The position numbers and the translations under genes were made by a program. Below, piece by piece: positions 17,329 through 27,999 of a stretch of 64,000 bases of DNA. The stretch's first letter is position 1; each line of letters begins with the position of its first letter. The notes beneath the pieces are model-generated. The model did not search any database, was not told the origin of the DNA, and was given only the letters and a program-made list of their open reading frames with translations. This DNA is from an uncultured Alphaproteobacteria bacterium (GTDB taxonomy: Bacteria; Electryoneota; RPQS01). The DNA is taken from the NCBI GenBank assembly GCA_964406405.1, contig CAYORN010000004.1, positions 136,163 through 200,162 on the forward strand, given 5' to 3'.

Positions 17329-18510
17329 CTATTTCTTCCGCGCCGCCGGGCCGCCGGTATGTCCCAAGTCTGAGGGCGTGCCGTCGGGATTCGTCAGCGT
17401 CGCAGTCCCTTTACCCTTTATCGCGTCTGACAACGGCGCGAAGGTGACGGTGTCGGCAAACTGCGGATCGGCGACAATGAACATTGTCGAGTCCGCTCCG
17501 CGCACGTCTCCTTCGCGATTCTGCCATACCAAATTATTCTGCATGACCCAGCCGACCGTGTCGCCTTCCTGATTCCAGAATCCCACGCACGGACAAACCC
17601 ATTCCTTGCGCCAGCCGTTTTGTGCCGAGATATTGTTGACGATCCTGCCGCGGGTACCGGCGTTCCAGATCGCTATGCCGCAGTTGCCGTTGCGTGTGAC
17701 GGTGTTGTTCTCCGCGATCATCGTGCTCTCGCCGGACGCAATGAGTCCCCACCCGAGGTTGTGATGCACGAGGTTGTTGCGCGCCACCACCGTCGCCGTT
17801 CCGAACGACCCGATCCCTTTCCAGTAGTGCGAGATCTCGTTGCGCAGACAAGTGGCCGTGGCGTCCCACGTAACGCCGATTCCCGCGCCGCGCCCGGAGT
17901 CAATCACGCAGTCGGTGATCATTGCCGTGGCGCCGCGGTAGAGCGCCACGCCATCCCAGTTGTTGTTGATCATCCGGCAGCGCGTGAGCCAGACTTCGCT
18001 GTTCTCGCGGATCATCACGCCGCCGATTCCGACAATCGTCGAATCAAAATACTCCGTGTTGTCGCGCATCGTGCAATTCGTGATCCTGACGGTGCTCTGC
18101 TTCACCACAATCGCGGCGTCCGTCGCCGCGCCGTCGCGGTCGCGCTTTCCGCCGGTGATCGTGAGATTCTCCATCACCGAACCGCGCGAGTTGAGCAGCA
18201 ACAGCCCATAACCGGCATTGGTCACAAGGATCGTTCCCCCTTGCGGATCGCCGACCACGCAAAGTTGCTTGCCGGAAATCAAGAATCCGCGTGAAGCGTG
18301 AACGGGAGTGCGATGCTCCTGGCAGTTGCCGCAGGTCTCCTCGACAAACTCCTGCGGTTTGGCCTCGTACCGCCCGGCGGTCACATAGAGCGTATCGCCC
18401 GTATGCGCAATGTCGAACGCATGCTGCAGGTCGGTCGTCACGTGCAGTACGCCGCCAGCCGCTGCGCTGGCTATGACCGCCTGAGCAAAAAGAAGGATGC
18501 GAGTATTCAT
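17329..18510 (-). CDS. Secreted right-handed parallel beta-helix repeat protein (NosD/pectate-lyase-like fold)
   Basis: Repeated ...N.I..N...GI.. units (ITNCTMRDN, RCRMINNNWDGVAL, ITDCVIDSGRGAGIGV, ARNNLVHHNLGWGL, AENNTVTRNGNCGIAI). Start set to the ATG at 18510 (MNTRILLFAQAVIASAAAGG signal peptide). Confidence 0.7.
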   Translation of the reverse strand: MNTRILLFAQAVIASAAAGGVLHVTTDLQHAFDIAHTGDTLYVTAGRYEAKPQEFVEETCGNCQEHRTPVHASRGFLISGKQLCVVGDPQGGTILVTNAGYGLLLLNSRGSVMENLTITGGKRDRDGAATDAAIVVKQSTVRITNCTMRDNTEYFDSTIVGIGGVMIRENSEVWLTRCRMINNNWDGVALYRGATAMITDCVIDSGRGAGIGVTWDATATCLRNEISHYWKGIGSFGTATVVARNNLVHHNLGWGLIASGESTMIAENNTVTRNGNCGIAIWNAGTRGRIVNNISAQNGWRKEWVCPCVGFWNQEGDTVGWVMQNNLVWQNREGDVRGADSTMFIVADPQFADTVTFAPLSDAIKGKGTATLTNPDGTPSDLGHTGGPAARKK

Positions 18511-18562
18511 AGCGCATAAGGTAGAGCTTTGTGCCGACAAATGCAAGATCGCCATGACAAGG

Positions 18563-18588
18563 CAAGGGCAGACTTGCGTCTGCCCTTG
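18563..18588 (-). terminator. Hairpin downstream of the giant S8 gene
   Basis: Perfect 11-bp stem (caagggcagac / gtctgcccttg) with a 4-nt loop, 29 nt past the stop at 18617. No clear U-tract. Confidence 0.4.
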
Positions 18589-18616
18589 TCGGATCATTGC
18601 TTTGTAAAGTCGCCGC

Positions 18617-21600
18617 TTATGGCGTGGACTTCACCTTCACGCGGTAGAAGTTGATCGCGCTGCCGAACGGGTTCACATCTATGAATGTGCTGTCGGTTGT
18701 GCCGCCGATCGAGTCCGCATCCATCGGCACGATTGCCGGGCTGGGATTACGATAGATGACATAGCGCCGGTTGTGCAGCGGATTGCCCAACGAGTCCTGC
18801 GTGACGTGGTTCCACCCGAGGCGAACCCCCACGGGAGCATTCCGCCACTGGATCACCAGATCGTCCACGCGCAGCGGATTGGCCGCCGGCACGTTAAGCT
18901 GTCCGTTCAGGTTGTAAATCGCAGTCAGATTCGCCGAGGCCGAAGCAGTCTTCGAGATCACCAAGGCATACCAGTCCGTGATCGCAGGAGTGTAGATGAT
19001 CTGTTCGTCTCCACCACCTCCGGCGGCGTTCGCGGTGGCTACGGTCTGTCCGCGATACAACACCTGCGTCGAGTCGCGGTGCAGCCGCATCTCCACGTCA
19101 GCGGTGCCGGAAATGACATCGCAGGTAAAGCGATATGCGGTCCCGGCGGTCAGATAGACTTCGTAGAGGCGAAAGATATTCCCGCTCATCAACGAATCCG
19201 GATCGGGGATGCTGAAGATGCCGTTGTATGCTCGCCCGAGACTATTGTCGGACTCGACATACACGTTTTGTGTCGCGCTGTTGAAATTGACCACAGCCGG
19301 ATACGTGGTGTAGCCGGCGCCAACAATCCGCCATGGAACGAGGACATAGTCCGGCACTCCGGAGCCGTAAGCCGAAACGCCCTGCGACACCGAAAATCCG
19401 CTAAACGTTCCCGAATAGTCGGTATACTGATAGAGGTCATAATCGGCGCCCGCAGTCGGTGACAACAGACCGGCAATCCCGGCATAAAGCTGCGGAATGC
19501 TGTAAGCGAAGCCGTCGCTATTCGGATAAGCGCCCGCACCCCAAAGCGGCGGCGAAGCGCGGTCCACCGGAATATTGCGTGACAACACCAGCGGACTCCA
19601 CACATACTGCTGCGTGGACCCGTTGTCGCCCTCGTTGGATTCGGCAACAATGTTGGTGGCATCCACGTTCAGGGTCAGGGTGTGCCGTCCGCCGCGGATA
19701 TTGCCGCCATTGAAGTTGAGACGTTCGCCGTAAGCTAAGGGAGCAATAGTCTGGCCATTGATGAACCCGGCGGCAAACGCGCCGTCCAGCACCCAGTCAT
19801 TCTCGAAGGCCGACGAGACCGTCAAGCCGCCGCCGGCATTGTACCACGTGGCGTTGATGTAGTTCGTGGTGTTGCCCTGAATCGCCGCCGGAAAGACCGC
19901 GTTGCCAATCGTTGCATCACCTGTGTTTCGTGCAACTATTGGAGCCGACCAGCCGGTCCGGTTTTGCGCCTGCAGATTAACGTTTAGCGGCTTCTGGTAC
20001 GTAAACGTGTAGTTGCCGCCAACCCCGTAGTTGCTGGAGCCTTCCTTGATCACAACCGCGCAATGCCAGCCGGCGGACGGTGCGGTTACGACCAGATACT
20101 CGTTGCCATCCGCTCCGTTCACGTTCGCCCGCTGCGCGTAGTCGCCGTATGCATAGTAGTTCTGCCCGGCGGTGAAAACCAAGAGCGTCAGATCCAGTCC
20201 GCCGGTCACTCCGGTGACGCCCACGTAGTACTGTTCGCCCGGATCCGCATAGAACTCGTACAGATCAAAGATGTCATTCGGATCCATCGTCCGGGTCGTA
20301 GTATATGGTGACCCGATCGTGGTCTGAGCATCTCCCTCCATGACGGAATTGGCCGTCGAGCCATCACTATAACGGATGTTTTGGAACAGCCGCGATTGAC
20401 CGTAACCCAGCACGTTGCCGTTGACCAGAATCAGATCCGCGTGCCCTGAGCCATACGCGCTGGCATATTGACTCACGTCAAACCCGGATGTGCTCGAGTA
20501 AGAGTCGGCATATGAGTAGAGATCGTGGTCATTGCCCGACTGCGGCAGCACGGCGCACGCCGTCCACCAGCCGCCCGTTGCCCGGAAGCCGTCGCCATTG
20601 TAATAAGCGGGGCTGCCCCATGCTTTCAACGGCGGCGCCACGCGCTCGATTCCGACGTCGTTCGTGAGCTGCATCGGCGACCAGACGAACTGCTGGGTGA
20701 TCGCATTGTCCGTCTCTATCCACTCGTTGATCGAGTTGTACGGATCAATGTACCACTGCACACTGTGGCGGCCGCCGCGCACATAGTCGGGGCCGGCATT
20801 GTTGTAATAGAAGTCTGCGTTTGCACCGACCGATCCCCACGAGTACCAGCGCGTGAAGTCGCCGTCAATGTACTGCTCCGTGTACACCTGCCCGCCCTCG
20901 CCGTCGCCGGGTGCCGGAGTGTAGCCGATATTGCGCCCCGATACGTTGAAATAAGTGCCGGACGCATTGCCCGGTAGGGTGGACGTGATCGGACACGAAG
21001 TCCCGGTAGCGCCGGCGGCATTTCGCGGAACGGCTGCGCTGTACCAGCCCGACCGGTTATACGTGTAAAGATCCGGCTCAATCCAATTGATCGCTTCCAC
21101 CAAATTTGGCCGTTCGCCGATATCGCGCGCCCCCGTCCACGGCGTCGCGTTGATGTCGAGCGACAACCGAACTTGCGCCGGGGTGAGCGTTGTGTTGTAC
21201 TTGCGCTGCGCAATGCCCTGCAAACAGTTTCCCGCGCTGCACACAATCGGCGTCGCTGACGACGTGCCGCCGAACGATGACGAGTAACGCTGGCGAATGT
21301 CGCCGCCGGGGTTGTAGAGATCGCCATACCCGGACGAGTACACGCTGTCGCCCCAGCCGGAAAGGTCGAGCCGTGAACCATAATTCGACCAGCACTCGGC
21401 GGCCACTGATCCGGGGATGCCTGCGCCCACGAGCACGGCGCCCGAATCGCGGAACCAGCGCTGGAAGCGGTTGCCGTACACCGCGTTGTCGAGATTCATC
21501 TGCCCGTTACCTGCGGCCTCGTAAACATTGAGGCCGTTGGCGGTGTGCGTTTGAATCGCGGTGAATGTGTCGTCCCAGTATTCCACGGCGATGTAACTGA

Positions 21601-22774
21601 ACTGCACGCAATTGCCGCAGCCCGTATCGCACGCGTATCCGGGATTCGGACCTGGGTAGTGAATCTCGATCCAATAGGATTCTCCCGTCAGCAGCACGGA
21701 TGCGGCGATGTTGAACGCCGACACCCAGCGGCCACTCGGGTAACTCCCCGCCTGCCGGAACCAGTCCACGGCCTTCGGATGCACATTGAAGCTGCCGCCC
21801 GTCATGCCATAACCATTGTTGCACGCCGCGACGATCGAGACGGTCGCGTCGCCGTGGTCGGCGGCATTCCCTTCATCACCGCCGCCATAAACGAAAAAGT
21901 CGCTGGGCAGATCTTCATGGTCTTCCGTCCAGTCGTACTCAATGTCCACGCACCATGCGGAGGTGCTGCCCGGCCCGCCCGCGCCGTGATAGCTCCACGC
22001 GTACTGATGGTTGAGGCCGGTCGGCGCCGCCTCCTGATAATCCTGACTTGCTGCCCAATTCGGGGTCGCCGGCGCAATGTCCGCACAGCAGAGTTGAGCC
22101 AACGGCCCATACCAGGCAGTTTCCACGATGTTCCACTGAATAACTTCCCGGATGGTCGCCATCGGATCCGGATTTTCCGGATAGTACAGGATGTAAAAGT
22201 TATTCATGTTCGCCAGATCCTGCCCAATGTTCCGCTCGCCGTTGGCCTCCCAGAAGTCTAACAGCTCTTCCGACGTCTCCTCGCTCTCGCGCCCCATCTT
22301 CACATCCGGATGCGCATTCAGATACGCATTCAGCGGCGACAGATCCGCCCCCGATTTGGAGTAAGGCCGGCCGCTGCTCCAGCGCACCATGGACTCTTCC
22401 GTGAACTTCACAATCAAGTATTGCAGGTCCGCCTTCTCCGGGCTGACCAGATTCAAATAGAAATCCTTAGCGGTTACCTGCCGCGGCTTCAGCGCTCCGC
22501 CGCGCGGCTCAATCGCCATCCCCGGACCCGCGTCGGCATTGGAGCGCTCGGGAGCGCTCCAGCTCTGCGCATACGTGCGCGGCAGGTCAACGGCCGGCAT
22601 CGCGTTGCCGGGGACGTTCGGATGATCGGACGGAACCGGAATCGGCCCCCAGCTATTGGCGCCCATTCCTGAAGCCACTCGCTGCGCGCTGTCCTCAGCG
22701 GTCACGGAGTTGATCATTCCCACGATCAGCGTCAGGCCAAGCACGAACAGCAAGAGGGGTATTGCTCTCTTCAT
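18617..22774 (-). CDS. Giant secreted S8 (subtilisin-like) serine peptidase with repeated beta-sandwich modules and a C-terminal FN3-like domain
   Basis: 1385 aa with signal peptide MKRAIPLLLFVLGLTLIVGMINSVTA. S8 triad context in the right order: VDIEYDWTEDHEDL (Asp), HGDATVSIVAA (His), YEAAGNGQ (Asn), GGTSSATPIV (Ser). Internal duplication of about 100-aa modules starting QQFVWSPMQL / QQYVWSPLVL. Confidence 0.85.
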   Translation of the reverse strand: MKRAIPLLLFVLGLTLIVGMINSVTAEDSAQRVASGMGANSWGPIPVPSDHPNVPGNAMPAVDLPRTYAQSWSAPERSNADAGPGMAIEPRGGALKPRQVTAKDFYLNLVSPEKADLQYLIVKFTEESMVRWSSGRPYSKSGADLSPLNAYLNAHPDVKMGRESEETSEELLDFWEANGERNIGQDLANMNNFYILYYPENPDPMATIREVIQWNIVETAWYGPLAQLCCADIAPATPNWAASQDYQEAAPTGLNHQYAWSYHGAGGPGSTSAWCVDIEYDWTEDHEDLPSDFFVYGGGDEGNAADHGDATVSIVAACNNGYGMTGGSFNVHPKAVDWFRQAGSYPSGRWVSAFNIAASVLLTGESYWIEIHYPGPNPGYACDTGCGNCVQFSYIAVEYWDDTFTAIQTHTANGLNVYEAAGNGQMNLDNAVYGNRFQRWFRDSGAVLVGAGIPGSVAAECWSNYGSRLDLSGWGDSVYSSGYGDLYNPGGDIRQRYSSSFGGTSSATPIVCSAGNCLQGIAQRKYNTTLTPAQVRLSLDINATPWTGARDIGERPNLVEAINWIEPDLYTYNRSGWYSAAVPRNAAGATGTSCPITSTLPGNASGTYFNVSGRNIGYTPAPGDGEGGQVYTEQYIDGDFTRWYSWGSVGANADFYYNNAGPDYVRGGRHSVQWYIDPYNSINEWIETDNAITQQFVWSPMQLTNDVGIERVAPPLKAWGSPAYYNGDGFRATGGWWTACAVLPQSGNDHDLYSYADSYSSTSGFDVSQYASAYGSGHADLILVNGNVLGYGQSRLFQNIRYSDGSTANSVMEGDAQTTIGSPYTTTRTMDPNDIFDLYEFYADPGEQYYVGVTGVTGGLDLTLLVFTAGQNYYAYGDYAQRANVNGADGNEYLVVTAPSAGWHCAVVIKEGSSNYGVGGNYTFTYQKPLNVNLQAQNRTGWSAPIVARNTGDATIGNAVFPAAIQGNTTNYINATWYNAGGGLTVSSAFENDWVLDGAFAAGFINGQTIAPLAYGERLNFNGGNIRGGRHTLTLNVDATNIVAESNEGDNGSTQQYVWSPLVLSRNIPVDRASPPLWGAGAYPNSDGFAYSIPQLYAGIAGLLSPTAGADYDLYQYTDYSGTFSGFSVSQGVSAYGSGVPDYVLVPWRIVGAGYTTYPAVVNFNSATQNVYVESDNSLGRAYNGIFSIPDPDSLMSGNIFRLYEVYLTAGTAYRFTCDVISGTADVEMRLHRDSTQVLYRGQTVATANAAGGGGDEQIIYTPAITDWYALVISKTASASANLTAIYNLNGQLNVPAANPLRVDDLVIQWRNAPVGVRLGWNHVTQDSLGNPLHNRRYVIYRNPSPAIVPMDADSIGGTTDSTFIDVNPFGSAINFYRVKVKSTP

Positions 22775-22800
22775 ATCGAGATCCTTTCTTGCTGGGGTGA

Positions 22801-23226
22801 TTAACGCGTGGCGTTGCTGGAGGGAGCGGCTGACGGGGCGGGAATCTCCTTTTCAACTTGCGGCAGCGTCTGCGGCTGGGGAGGATTCAACCAACGATCC
22901 AAGGCGGTTTGCACCTCTGCGACACGGGCCTCATTGCCTTCGGCCTGCGCCCATTCGAGGAGAATCTGCAAACGCTGAGCTTCGGTCTGGAATTTTGCGT
23001 CTTGTATCTGCTGTTCGAGGTTGGAGCGTGCGGCATCGTCTGTCGCAGCTTGGACTTGCGCGTCCAGCTCGGCGACTTGCGCCTGCGCGGCGGCATTCAG
23101 ATTTACGATGCGGGCCTTAAACTCATCCGCATTGACGAGGGCGGGGGCCGAAAAGGCCAGAGAAACGAGACTCAGCACGCTCAACAGCGTGAACCCGAAA
23201 CCAAACATCAACGACTTCATTTTCAT
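22801..23226 (-). CDS. Small secreted coiled-coil protein with a Pro-rich tail, unknown function
   Basis: 141 aa with a signal peptide (MKMKSLMFGFGFTLLSVLSLVSLAFSA), an A/Q/E-rich heptad-like region and a PPQPQTLPQ tail. Confidence 0.55.
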   Translation of the reverse strand: MKMKSLMFGFGFTLLSVLSLVSLAFSAPALVNADEFKARIVNLNAAAQAQVAELDAQVQAATDDAARSNLEQQIQDAKFQTEAQRLQILLEWAQAEGNEARVAEVQTALDRWLNPPQPQTLPQVEKEIPAPSAAPSSNATR

Positions 23227-23390
23227 CCTCTTACGTTAAATGTGACAAAACATGTCGGCATGTAGAAAGATATGACAAGATAGGGGGATAATCAAGTGTT
23301 AGACGATGCACTGGTCAAATATGTCCGAGGAGGTATTCGAACTAAGTCTATTAACAACAGGCCACCTCCGGTCAACATGCCTCCTTCTCT

Positions 23391-23426
23391 AAATAAAAGA
23401 GGCGACACCACTCTGGATGTCGCCTC
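23391..23426 (-). terminator. Rho-independent terminator after the TPR/HExxH gene
   Basis: On the minus strand: a 9-bp stem (gaggcgaca / tgtcgcctc) followed by TTTTATTT, 30 nt past the stop at 23456. Confidence 0.7.
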
Positions 23427-23455
23427 AGGGACTTCTGAAACCGCCGCCTACCCTC

Positions 23456-26149
23456 CTACGTGCGTACTTCCGCCAAGAGGTCTTTCAGGTAGCGCGGCCA
23501 GGCGAAACCCGTCACAAATGATGACTGGCGCTCATTGTAGATCCGCTGCGGAACATCTCGCGCACTCAATTTCTCCAGCCGCTTCCACTCCTCTTCAGCC
23601 TGCCTCGTTTGACCGGATTGCCGAAGCGCCTCCACCCGCAGCACGGCCGACAGACGATCATACGGCGCCACCTTCAGGCTCCGGTCGTACAATTCGAGAG
23701 CCTTGCTCCACTCTCCCTTTTGTGCGGCCAACCAACCCTGCATCGTCAGAACGGGCGGCTCGCCCGGAGTCAACAGCGCGGCCTCGTTGATCTGCGTCTC
23801 CGCATCGGCGACGCGTCCAGCCTGAAAAAGAATCCGCGCGTAATCGAGACGCAAATCGGCAATGCCGTTCCGCTCCAACAGCGCTTTCTGAAATACGCTG
23901 TCCGCTTCCGCATACTTTCCCGCATCACCCAACGCCACGGCCAACCCCCACAACGCATCACTGTCACTGTTGTGTCGCTCGAGCACCGCCCGATATTGCT
24001 CTGCTGCTTCCGGATAAGCGCCATCAAACGCCAAAACATTTCCCAAGGCTTGGCGTACCGCTTCCCGGTCTTGGCTCGTATCCGCCGCCGCCAGCCCTTC
24101 GCGCAGTCGTTGAATCCCCGCGCTCACATTTCCATCGGTGAAGAATCGCGCAGACTGCCACTGGGTGTAGCCGCCGGCTTTCTTCGGATAATGCAGGCGT
24201 AAGCTGTCGGCAAACGCCATCGCCTTGCGGTCGTCGTCACGTAAAGAATAGAGATGCGAAAGTTCCGCCAGCACGACCTCGCCGCGCGGCGCGCGCTCGT
24301 ACGCCTTTTTCGCATACGTCATCGCTTCCGCAAGCTTGTTGCGCTCGGACGCATCCTGCGAGGCATTCACCAACCCCACCGGATAGCACTCGTCCAAGCG
24401 CGGCGCGGCAACATAGAATTCGACGAGATGCGCCAGTGTCGTGTCCATCGCAAACAGCCGCTCGCGCACGATCTCTCTTGTATCGTACTCGTCGCGGCGC
24501 GGCGAGTAATATCCATTCGCCCCTTCCGCAAAATACTCCCACACGCTCGACGCCTGATACTGGCTCATAAACGCCTTCTGCCCGGCGTCTTCGCGATTCC
24601 GCGCGGCGTGAAACAGATCGAGCAGCTGCTGCGCATCCTCCGGCGGAAAGACGCCGTGCACCTGATGCGTCAGCTCGTGCAGCACCGTGTTGTAGTTCGA
24701 ATAGATGCTGCGTTCCACGTCTTCCACACCGGTCACGGTCGTGTAGCCGCCGCAGCCGCGCACATCGTCCCACAGCCGCGAATCATAACTAATGCGCTGA
24801 TCTTTCAGCGTCTCCAGTCCCGGCGATTCTGACAACCGTTCGTGCAGCGGCTTGATGTAATAACGGTGCCCGCTCTCGACCAGTACCGGGATGTACAGCT
24901 TCCACGGCTTTACGGCGAGCGCCACTTGCTTCTGATGACGCGGAGATAAGCTCTTCCAGTTCACCACGAACTGATCAATCTGCGCGATGACCGGTATCTC
25001 CGCCTGCGCAAACTTGAGTGAGTCCTCGCCGCGATGCACGTTGATCCGCATCCGCTTCAATTCAAGGCTCTTCGCAAGACCGTTATGCGCGCGGCCATAT
25101 TCCGAACAACGAGCGAGCGCCGCGCGGAAGAAAAACTCGGCGGAATCCGCCTGCCCCTCGATCCATGCAAACGATCCCAACAGCTCCGCCGGCTCCACGG
25201 CCAAGCTGTACTTGGATAACAGCGTGCGCGACACCTGTTTCGCCGCCGCCAAATCTCCCTTTTCAAATGCGGAAAGGGCAGGGGAGAGCGCCTTCAACAC
25301 TTCGGCATTACCGTATTGCTGCGGATACTTCTCGTGGAGCTGCGTGTAATTCAGCCGCGCATAGCCGTTGCCCAGAAAGTAGTGCGCCATTTCGTAATCG
25401 GGATTCCAGCGCACCGCCTCTTCAATCAAATCAATCGCTTCACTGACCCGGCCGAGATCAATCAGCACCAGCCCGGTTTGATAGAGGATTTCAGCGGTGA
25501 GTGCCTGCCGTGTAAATGCCGTCGCCAGCGAATCGAAGGCCCGTTGATACTCGTTGCGCTTGTCGTACACCTTGGCGAGCACGATTTTCGCCTGGGCCTG
25601 CTGCGCCGCATCTGTCGCGTGACGCAGTGACCGTTCCGCATGGAATATGGCGTCATCATACTTGAGCAGGCGGAACATCAACTCGCCCCTCGCCAGAGCG
25701 GCAATAACATCTGTGCTGTCCTTTGCGTCTCTAAGCGTGCTCAGCGAATCAACCGTGTGCAGATCCTCGGACAGGAAAAGCCAGCGGTAACGCAGAGAAC
25801 GCGCCTCAGAGCTCGCGCTGCCGGAGAGGCCGTCAATGGACACCTTGGCATCGTCGAAGCGATACTGGCGCAGCAGATCCTCGGCTTGAATGACGTCCGC
25901 GGCCGTCGTATCCTGTTTCCGCAGTTCCGTCAACAGCTCTGGATGGCTCGGCAATTGTCCGATCTGCAGCGCGGCGCGGGCGCGTTCCATCACGGGCAGG
26001 GATGCGTCGTTGAACTGTTGCTCCAGCGTCGAATACACGTCTTGCGCGGTTTGCCGCAATACGGTTAGATCCGCCTGCGCGACCGCCGTCCCATAGAGCA
26101 GGACGGCGATCCAAACCAGATGACGATGCACGAAAATTTTCACACCCAC
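23456..26149 (-). CDS. Secreted TPR-repeat protein with an embedded HExxH zinc-metallopeptidase-like domain
   Basis: 897 aa with a signal-like N-terminus and many TPR-like helices at both ends. The central part carries YNTVLHELTHQVHGV (HExxH) and a downstream ...WEYFAEGANGYY. Its start overlaps the OPT gene stop by 10 nt. Confidence 0.75.
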   Translation of the reverse strand: MGVKIFVHRHLVWIAVLLYGTAVAQADLTVLRQTAQDVYSTLEQQFNDASLPVMERARAALQIGQLPSHPELLTELRKQDTTAADVIQAEDLLRQYRFDDAKVSIDGLSGSASSEARSLRYRWLFLSEDLHTVDSLSTLRDAKDSTDVIAALARGELMFRLLKYDDAIFHAERSLRHATDAAQQAQAKIVLAKVYDKRNEYQRAFDSLATAFTRQALTAEILYQTGLVLIDLGRVSEAIDLIEEAVRWNPDYEMAHYFLGNGYARLNYTQLHEKYPQQYGNAEVLKALSPALSAFEKGDLAAAKQVSRTLLSKYSLAVEPAELLGSFAWIEGQADSAEFFFRAALARCSEYGRAHNGLAKSLELKRMRINVHRGEDSLKFAQAEIPVIAQIDQFVVNWKSLSPRHQKQVALAVKPWKLYIPVLVESGHRYYIKPLHERLSESPGLETLKDQRISYDSRLWDDVRGCGGYTTVTGVEDVERSIYSNYNTVLHELTHQVHGVFPPEDAQQLLDLFHAARNREDAGQKAFMSQYQASSVWEYFAEGANGYYSPRRDEYDTREIVRERLFAMDTTLAHLVEFYVAAPRLDECYPVGLVNASQDASERNKLAEAMTYAKKAYERAPRGEVVLAELSHLYSLRDDDRKAMAFADSLRLHYPKKAGGYTQWQSARFFTDGNVSAGIQRLREGLAAADTSQDREAVRQALGNVLAFDGAYPEAAEQYRAVLERHNSDSDALWGLAVALGDAGKYAEADSVFQKALLERNGIADLRLDYARILFQAGRVADAETQINEAALLTPGEPPVLTMQGWLAAQKGEWSKALELYDRSLKVAPYDRLSAVLRVEALRQSGQTRQAEEEWKRLEKLSARDVPQRIYNERQSSFVTGFAWPRYLKDLLAEVRT

Positions 26150-27999
26150 TTCACTCCCAAGATGAGTAGAATGGCAACGACCACCATCATCAATCCTTCC
26201 CCGGCAATCAACCCCGAAGCCAGCGACGCTCCGTATTTGTCCACCGCCTCAGGATTTTTCTTGTTGTAGAAACTCGTGACCACCGCTCCCAACCACATCG
26301 CGAGCGAGGAATACGGAGTCACCATAAACGCGATTCCCAGCGCAATCGGCGACGGCAGCCACTTGCCAATCTTCTTGTTGGCTGCGCCGACAAATGGAAT
26401 TACCAATCCCACGATCGCGCCGACCAGCGCCGCGGTCATCGCGTGCGGCGGCAGCGATTTGATGCCGTTGGCGAGCAGTTCCGCCATCGCATGCCACGCC
26501 ATCACGGCCGGACCGGCAAAGTCATCACCCGGGATCGTGTACGCCGCGGTCAGGAGACGATACACTGCCGCAGCCGTGAACACGCCCGCCATAACGCCGA
26601 TCAATTGTGCAATTACCTGCCGGCGAATTGAGACCTTGAGCAAATACCCCGCTTTGAGGTCGTGCATCAGATCGCCCGATTGACTTGCTCCGGCAGCGGT
26701 GATGCCCGCCGCCATCAGGTTGGTCGGAATGCGACCCGGATCAAGTGCGCCGTACACCACCTGCGTGATCTTGCCCATCGCCCCGACCGGATTGATATCC
26801 GTCTCGCCCGTCGCGCGCACGGCAATGCTCGCAATCAAGAACGAGAGGAATACTGCGAGCACGCCCATCCAAATCGCGATGTCAAAATACACGTGCGCGA
26901 GCGTCGTCGTCAGAGCGGTTGCGGCCACCATCCCCACTGCCCACCACTTGATCGGGAACGGATCCGGCGCGTCATCCTCGTCCGCCGCAACCGCGCTCTT
27001 TCTCCCGCGGATGAGGTTCTTGAACGACGTGAACGTATGTCCGATCACCTTGTATTGCAGCCCAAGGCTGGCAAAACCCGAAGCTACCATGCACGCCACG
27101 CCCGGCCACAGCAGCCAGCGAAAGGCAAACGTGTACACATCCTTCTGTTGACAATGAATAATATTCGTGTCAAACAGAATCGGCGCACCGATTCCCCACG
27201 CCAGAACGGATCCGGCAAACAGCGACCATCCCACCTTCGGCCCGATCAAGATTCCCGCGCCCAGCATCATCGGCGACAAACTCACGCCCATCTTCACCGC
27301 GGCGAGCGTCACGCCCAGAATGCCGATGGATGCCAGACCGATGTCATCCAGCGAGAAATCGGCGAAGCGACTTAAGCCGATCGGCTTAATGCTGAACAAC
27401 AGTTTGAGTGCTGCGGCAATCACTCCCGCCCATAACAGCAGCTTCGCCTTCTTCATCGCCTCCACGCCGGAAGAGTACATCGCCTTGATCGTCTCTGCCG
27501 CGGCGGTCCCCGTCGGATAGCGAAGTTTTTCGCGCACAACCATCTGCTTCCGCAGCGGCACCGCAAAGAACACACCCAAGAATGCCACGGCAATTGCCCA
27601 CAGCACGAGTTGCCCATAGGTCAGATTATGCCCCGGCCCCATCGCCTGCATCCGATACATCTCGAGCGCGGGAATACACGCCACAAACCCGCCCGCGGAG
27701 GCCATTGTGCCTGCGGCGCTTCCCGCGGTGGCGGTGATCAGGTTTTCTTTAGCCCCATAGGGCCGCGACAAAACGCGCGCAAAGGTCTTAAAGAGCGCGA
27801 ACGAAATTACCGCCGCCGTAATCGAAGCGCCGAACGTCCATCCGATTTTCAGGCCGATGCAGACATTCGATGCCCCGATGAGCGATCCCACCACGAGACC
27901 TGAAAGCACGGCGCGCAGTGTCAGTTCAGAAGCCGTCTCGTCGCCGCGCGGCGTCTCCGGCTTGCGCGCGCGAGTTTCCGTCGGTGTTGGTTGTGCCAT
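26140..27999 (-). CDS. OPT family oligopeptide transporter (copy 1)
   Basis: 619 aa, polytopic. Typical OPT blocks are present: LTLRAVLSGLVVGSLIGASNVCIGLKIGWTFGASI, YPTGTAAAETI, GETDINPVGAMGKITQ, GDLMHDLKAGYLL and ASGLIAGEGLM. Confidence 0.9.
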   Translation of the reverse strand: MAQPTPTETRARKPETPRGDETASELTLRAVLSGLVVGSLIGASNVCIGLKIGWTFGASITAAVISFALFKTFARVLSRPYGAKENLITATAGSAAGTMASAGGFVACIPALEMYRMQAMGPGHNLTYGQLVLWAIAVAFLGVFFAVPLRKQMVVREKLRYPTGTAAAETIKAMYSSGVEAMKKAKLLLWAGVIAAALKLLFSIKPIGLSRFADFSLDDIGLASIGILGVTLAAVKMGVSLSPMMLGAGILIGPKVGWSLFAGSVLAWGIGAPILFDTNIIHCQQKDVYTFAFRWLLWPGVACMVASGFASLGLQYKVIGHTFTSFKNLIRGRKSAVAADEDDAPDPFPIKWWAVGMVAATALTTTLAHVYFDIAIWMGVLAVFLSFLIASIAVRATGETDINPVGAMGKITQVVYGALDPGRIPTNLMAAGITAAGASQSGDLMHDLKAGYLLKVSIRRQVIAQLIGVMAGVFTAAAVYRLLTAAYTIPGDDFAGPAVMAWHAMAELLANGIKSLPPHAMTAALVGAIVGLVIPFVGAANKKIGKWLPSPIALGIAFMVTPYSSLAMWLGAVVTSFYNKKNPEAVDKYGASLASGLIAGEGLMMVVVAILLILGVKWV

